Below are positions 60,401 through 64,000 of a DNA stretch of 64,000 nucleotides, piece after piece. The DNA is taken from NCBI GenBank assembly GCA_003971905.1, contig RSEE01000016.1, positions 372,001-436,000 of the forward strand, read 5' to 3'. The DNA is from Moniliella sp. 'wahieum' (taxonomy: Eukaryota). Numbering within the stretch: position 1 is the stretch's first letter; every line of letters begins with the position of its first letter. A program made the translations under genes and the position numbers. Under the pieces are notes generated by a model that saw nothing but the letters and a program-made list of their open reading frames with translations, had not been told where the DNA came from and ran no database searches.

Positions 60401-61520
60401 AGGTAGCGCATCTTGCTTTGCACACCCGATCTAGGGTGCGCTAAGGAGCCCTTTGGAGCCCAGTCCCCATCATCAGGTGTGAAGTGGTTGGGTGGTGGTG
60501 GTGGTAGGCGCGAGCTGGAAATGGACAGGCCTGGCGAATTGAAATTGTGAATAGGCTGCCGCGCGCCGCTCATATTTACCGCGCTCCATTGACGGACGCC
60601 GACGGCCCTTGCCGAGCCTGGGGCTGAGACAGAAGGCGGGGGGTTGGGGGGAAGATGCTTCTTGTTGGTCGGACCAAAGGGTGCACTCCATCGTAGCTTG
60701 GACTTCCCCTTGCCCGCTCTCTTGTGATGGTGAAGCAACTGGGTCTCCATATCATCATCCGTCTCTTCAGCCATGTCGTCCGGGAGCCGTCCATCTCCCC
60801 ATAAAAATGTCAATGTGGTGGGTTTGGGTGGGACGAGCGGGGCACCTGTTTCCCCGTGGAGGTAGGCGATTTGGGACAGGGGAGGGTATTAGGATGCAAA
60901 CGGTACGGATCATCGGTAAATGAGGAAACGTGGTGATCCCACGATCGTTGAGGACACCAAACTCGCTTCTTGCTTCTTGCTCCGAAACGAAAGGGTTCAC
61001 CGTTGCTCTGCGCCGCCATCGTCGATGACGCCTCATCCTTACTCTGATGGAGGCGCGTGGTGGGACAGAGATCGCATCTCAACCGTCTCAGTGTCGGTGG
61101 TGGGATGCTCATCTTGGTACCCCCAAGCGAGGCAGATGCCCTTCGGGAAGGCAAGTCAAGGTGCAAGGGACCCGGTTTCTTAGCTCTTTCGAGGCCAAGC
61201 GAATGAGAATGGTCTTGTTGCTGCGCACGCCCCCAGTTCGATTCACTACAGCCACCTGGGGATGTAAGAATGCGAGGTGTTGACAAAGCCGGCTGGGACG
61301 ATGAAGCGGAGGGATGTCGGCCTACGTCGGCGATGCGACAGGTGGGCTGTTGGGTACATCTCTGATGGCGCGGGACGCAAACGCACCGACGGCCCGGTGC
61401 GTACCAGGGGTGGCTCCCACCGCACGCGTGCTGCTGGAACCGAAATACCCGTGGCTCCGCCGTGTTGTAGGATGGGAGCGGCAGCCGAGCCCGAGGCCTG
61501 TGGGGTGCGTCCGCAGGCAT
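57470..61520 (-). CDS. PRM10: PRM10-like (DUF1212/ThrE family) multi-pass membrane protein
   Basis: RPQAARSGAGVFGALVASTGSLIG..PNRPGFKLDRY; HVAALLERQDFLLKLTRCLLMFGAPPHRI; GGSIVLILP; NVYGRF..FTVSVPGMLYQLP; FSNGFRVAESLITTAMGMTV. Both ends approximate. Confidence 0.85.
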
Positions 61521-62735
61521 AGGGAGAGCTTGAAGAGCGCCCCGGTAGACGGGGCTCCAAAGGAGAGAGGAGGGTGTTGGGGGGGGGTGGAGAGGAGGCT
61601 GGGGGCTGAGAGAGAGATCCGAGATATGGATCTGCGGAAGAGGACATCGAGGGTTGCGCACGCGCGAGTCCACCACGGACAGGCGGCTGTAAGCGGCTGC
61701 AGCATCGCCGAAGTTCTGTGCTTTGGATGGGTTAGTGGTGCAGGGTTTTCTGTCGCACATGGCTGTTTCTGCTGCGCGCTCTTCTGCCTCGCTCGCCTTG
61801 TTCGGCTCAGCACCCGCACGGCGCCAGTCGTGCCTTGGCGTTTGCTCGCCCTCGTCCAACACTGTGGTGGCGCCAGTCGCTCCACCCGGGCGCAGGACCA
61901 GTGTATGCGGTCCCTCTGCGCCAGTACCCAGAGTCTGCCGCTCTCGATATGGCTTCACGCACCACTCAGTTGCCGGCCCGTCTGAATGTCTTGGCGCCCT
62001 TTCGAGAGCGCCTGCCGATCCATCGCCCCTGCTTTGCCCCGGGGGGTCCAAGATAACGCTACCAAAGTGAGAGAATGCGAGCGAAAAAGCTATGCATATC
62101 TCGCACGCTAAAATATAATGTTGTGGTTTTGGTTACCACAATTAAGCAGTGCTCACGCCCACTGAACTCGCTCGTCTGCTTGTATTAAGCAGTTGGCGCC
62201 GCCAGGGCGTCTGCGTCCCCTGGCTCTTTTCGTCAACACTCTGCTCGATTAGAAGCAGGGGGGAGTTCTGTGTGGATTCACATACCAGCACACAACAGGA
62301 GTGTTGTGTGGGTTTGAATTGGCACGCAAGCGACAACCCTTTTTAGCGGCAATGAAGGCCCAGTAACTGTGTTACAATGCAAACACCACGTGTTGAGTTC
62401 TTCATCACCGTTCCTTCTTCATTCTTGTCCAACCACCTGGTGGAGGGCGGGTCAGAGGCACTCACCTTAACAATCAAGTACGAAGCAAGTAGAAGAATGG
62501 CAAATAACAACTCTGCTACTATAGGTTCACATTATCGGCCACACCCGACATACAATAGAGACGTGTTTGGACATAAATTTGCATTCTTTTGGGGGGGTAC
62601 GCCTGTGCCGATGATAGAGGATCCCACCCACTGCTGGCACCAAGGCGCTCTGAGGTCGGGGTTGATCGAGATCATAGCAAAGATGGGGCAAAGTGAACGT
62701 GGTGGGAGGGGGGGCAGAGGCCAAGCCGAGCTCTT

Positions 62736-64000
62736 CTAACGCATGTGCGAGACGAGCTGTTTGATCCCCACGCATGCCCGTTGCAGATCCCCAGACACGA
62801 TCGTGGCCAATTGAACGTGGATGTCAAGCGCAGCAGGTGCGTTGCGCGCCACGATCGCCTTGCACAGCTCATGGCAGCAACGCAATCACCGGTTCCGGCA
62901 CAATTTCATTGTTGATTGCGTCCAACAGAACCCCAATCCGTCCGTCGACATCATCGGCAATCCGCTTGGGCACGCCACTGGCTCGGAACTTGGCTACTTC
63001 GCCGCTCAAGACACCAACGATAGGCTTGTGGGCCGGGGCACATGCGACCGGTCACCCGGCGGGTACTTCAGACCCGGCGCGAGGGGCGTCGTGGGCGTGG
63101 AGGTGCTCCAGCACCATTCCCCGGGGGGGGGCCGCGCCGACGCCCGGGAGGCCAGGGGTGCCCATCCGCGCAAGGCCCTGCGGTGGCGGCGGGACAAAGC
63201 CCGGGGGGCCACCGTTCAGGTGGGGCGTGGGTGGGGCAAAGCCCGGGGCAGGGTTGGGACGGAAGCCGTTGGCACCGCCCTGCGGTCCCATCGATGGCGG
63301 TGGCGCATACGGGTTGGGCTGGGGTGGACCCATGGGCGTCCTCGCTCGGAGAGGGGGAGAAAGCAGACCTGGCCCCGCCGCATGGTTAAGACCGCCCCGT
63401 GGCGGACCCGTCGGCCCACCGCGCATCGATCCTGCAGGTGAGCCAGGCACAGGCATGCCCGGGGTACGCGCACGCATGGGAGGACCCATGGGCGGCCCAC
63501 CGAGAGCAGGCGAAGCAGTAGACACCCCGGGTGTCAACCCCCGGGTGGGCCCTGCGGAGGGCCCATCGGTGGTTGCCCGGGTGCCGCGACGGCAGGCATA
63601 TTGGGGAAAGGAGCCGTGATCGGAGCGGCACGATGCCCCATCCCACTTGCTGGACGCCGGGCAGCGAGTGTCGGGATGTCGTTCCATCCGCTCACATCTC
63701 GCTTGGGAGGCGGCGCAGTGGGCGTGGCGGCGGCCTGAGCTGCCAAAGTTTGAGCAGTCGTGGCGGTGGGGGCACAGAGGCGCCATAGGGTGTTGCACTG
63801 TACGGGGCAGCAAACGAGGTGACGGGCGAGCCCACTCCTGGTGCAGGTACGTACGGGTTGGACGGGTTGGACGGGTTGGACTGAGCATACGGGTCCGTCG
63901 CTGTGGCCACAGGGGGTTCAACCGTGGGCACCATAGGGGCCACAGGCGCATACGGACTGGCCCCACTTGATGCCGGCACGGAGGCTGGGCCGGAGTAGGG
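62736..64000 (-). CDS. SEC31: COPII outer-coat protein Sec31, proline-rich region and C-terminal domain (5' part outside the window)
   Basis: SGWNDIP; long Pro/Gly-rich tract; KYPPGDRSHVP; VDGRIGVLLDAINNEIV; AALDIHVQLAT..GIKQLV; stop at 62736. Confidence 0.88.

Noticed and set aside
53427..61520. STE23 next to PRM10 as a pheromone or mating-type cluster
   Set aside because: No pheromone precursor (CAAX), STE3 receptor or homeodomain gene is seen. Both genes are broadly conserved, and adjacency alone is not evidence.

Overview
Eukaryotic, GC-rich, intron-containing fungal DNA. The gene styles look like a basidiomycete, possibly Ustilaginomycotina; the taxon is my inference. About 19 protein-coding loci are present, including CUS2/Tat-SF1, RIO1, an expansin/RlpA-like secreted protein, a RasGEF (Lte1/Cdc25-like), ODC1, a histidine-phosphatase-like plus HbrB/Bit61 locus, a purine-cytosine permease, an HSP20-like protein, TSC1, a MYST acetyltransferase, HGH1, STE23/IDE, PRM10 and the SEC31 C-terminus. 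There is also one intron-containing tRNA-Pro(AGG). Almost every gene is broken by single-base frameshifts, most simply explained as uncorrected long-read indel errors, so CDS boundaries are approximate. The most unusual content is mobile DNA. (1) At 22.25-23.60 kb a 5'-truncated RLE-type (CRE/Cnl1-like) non-LTR retrotransposon is flanked by a perfect 95-bp direct repeat and sits inside the 5' end of a small Helitron-like element. (2) A degenerate sibling of that retroelement lies at about 19.3-19.8 kb next to a second, weaker Helitron-like candidate. (3) A young 1385-bp non-coding LTR element with a 5-bp target-site duplication (TSD) lies at 43443-44827. (4) A solitary Gag-like ORF lies at 47.6-49.1 kb. 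All family assignments come from motif recognition by eye; no searches were run.
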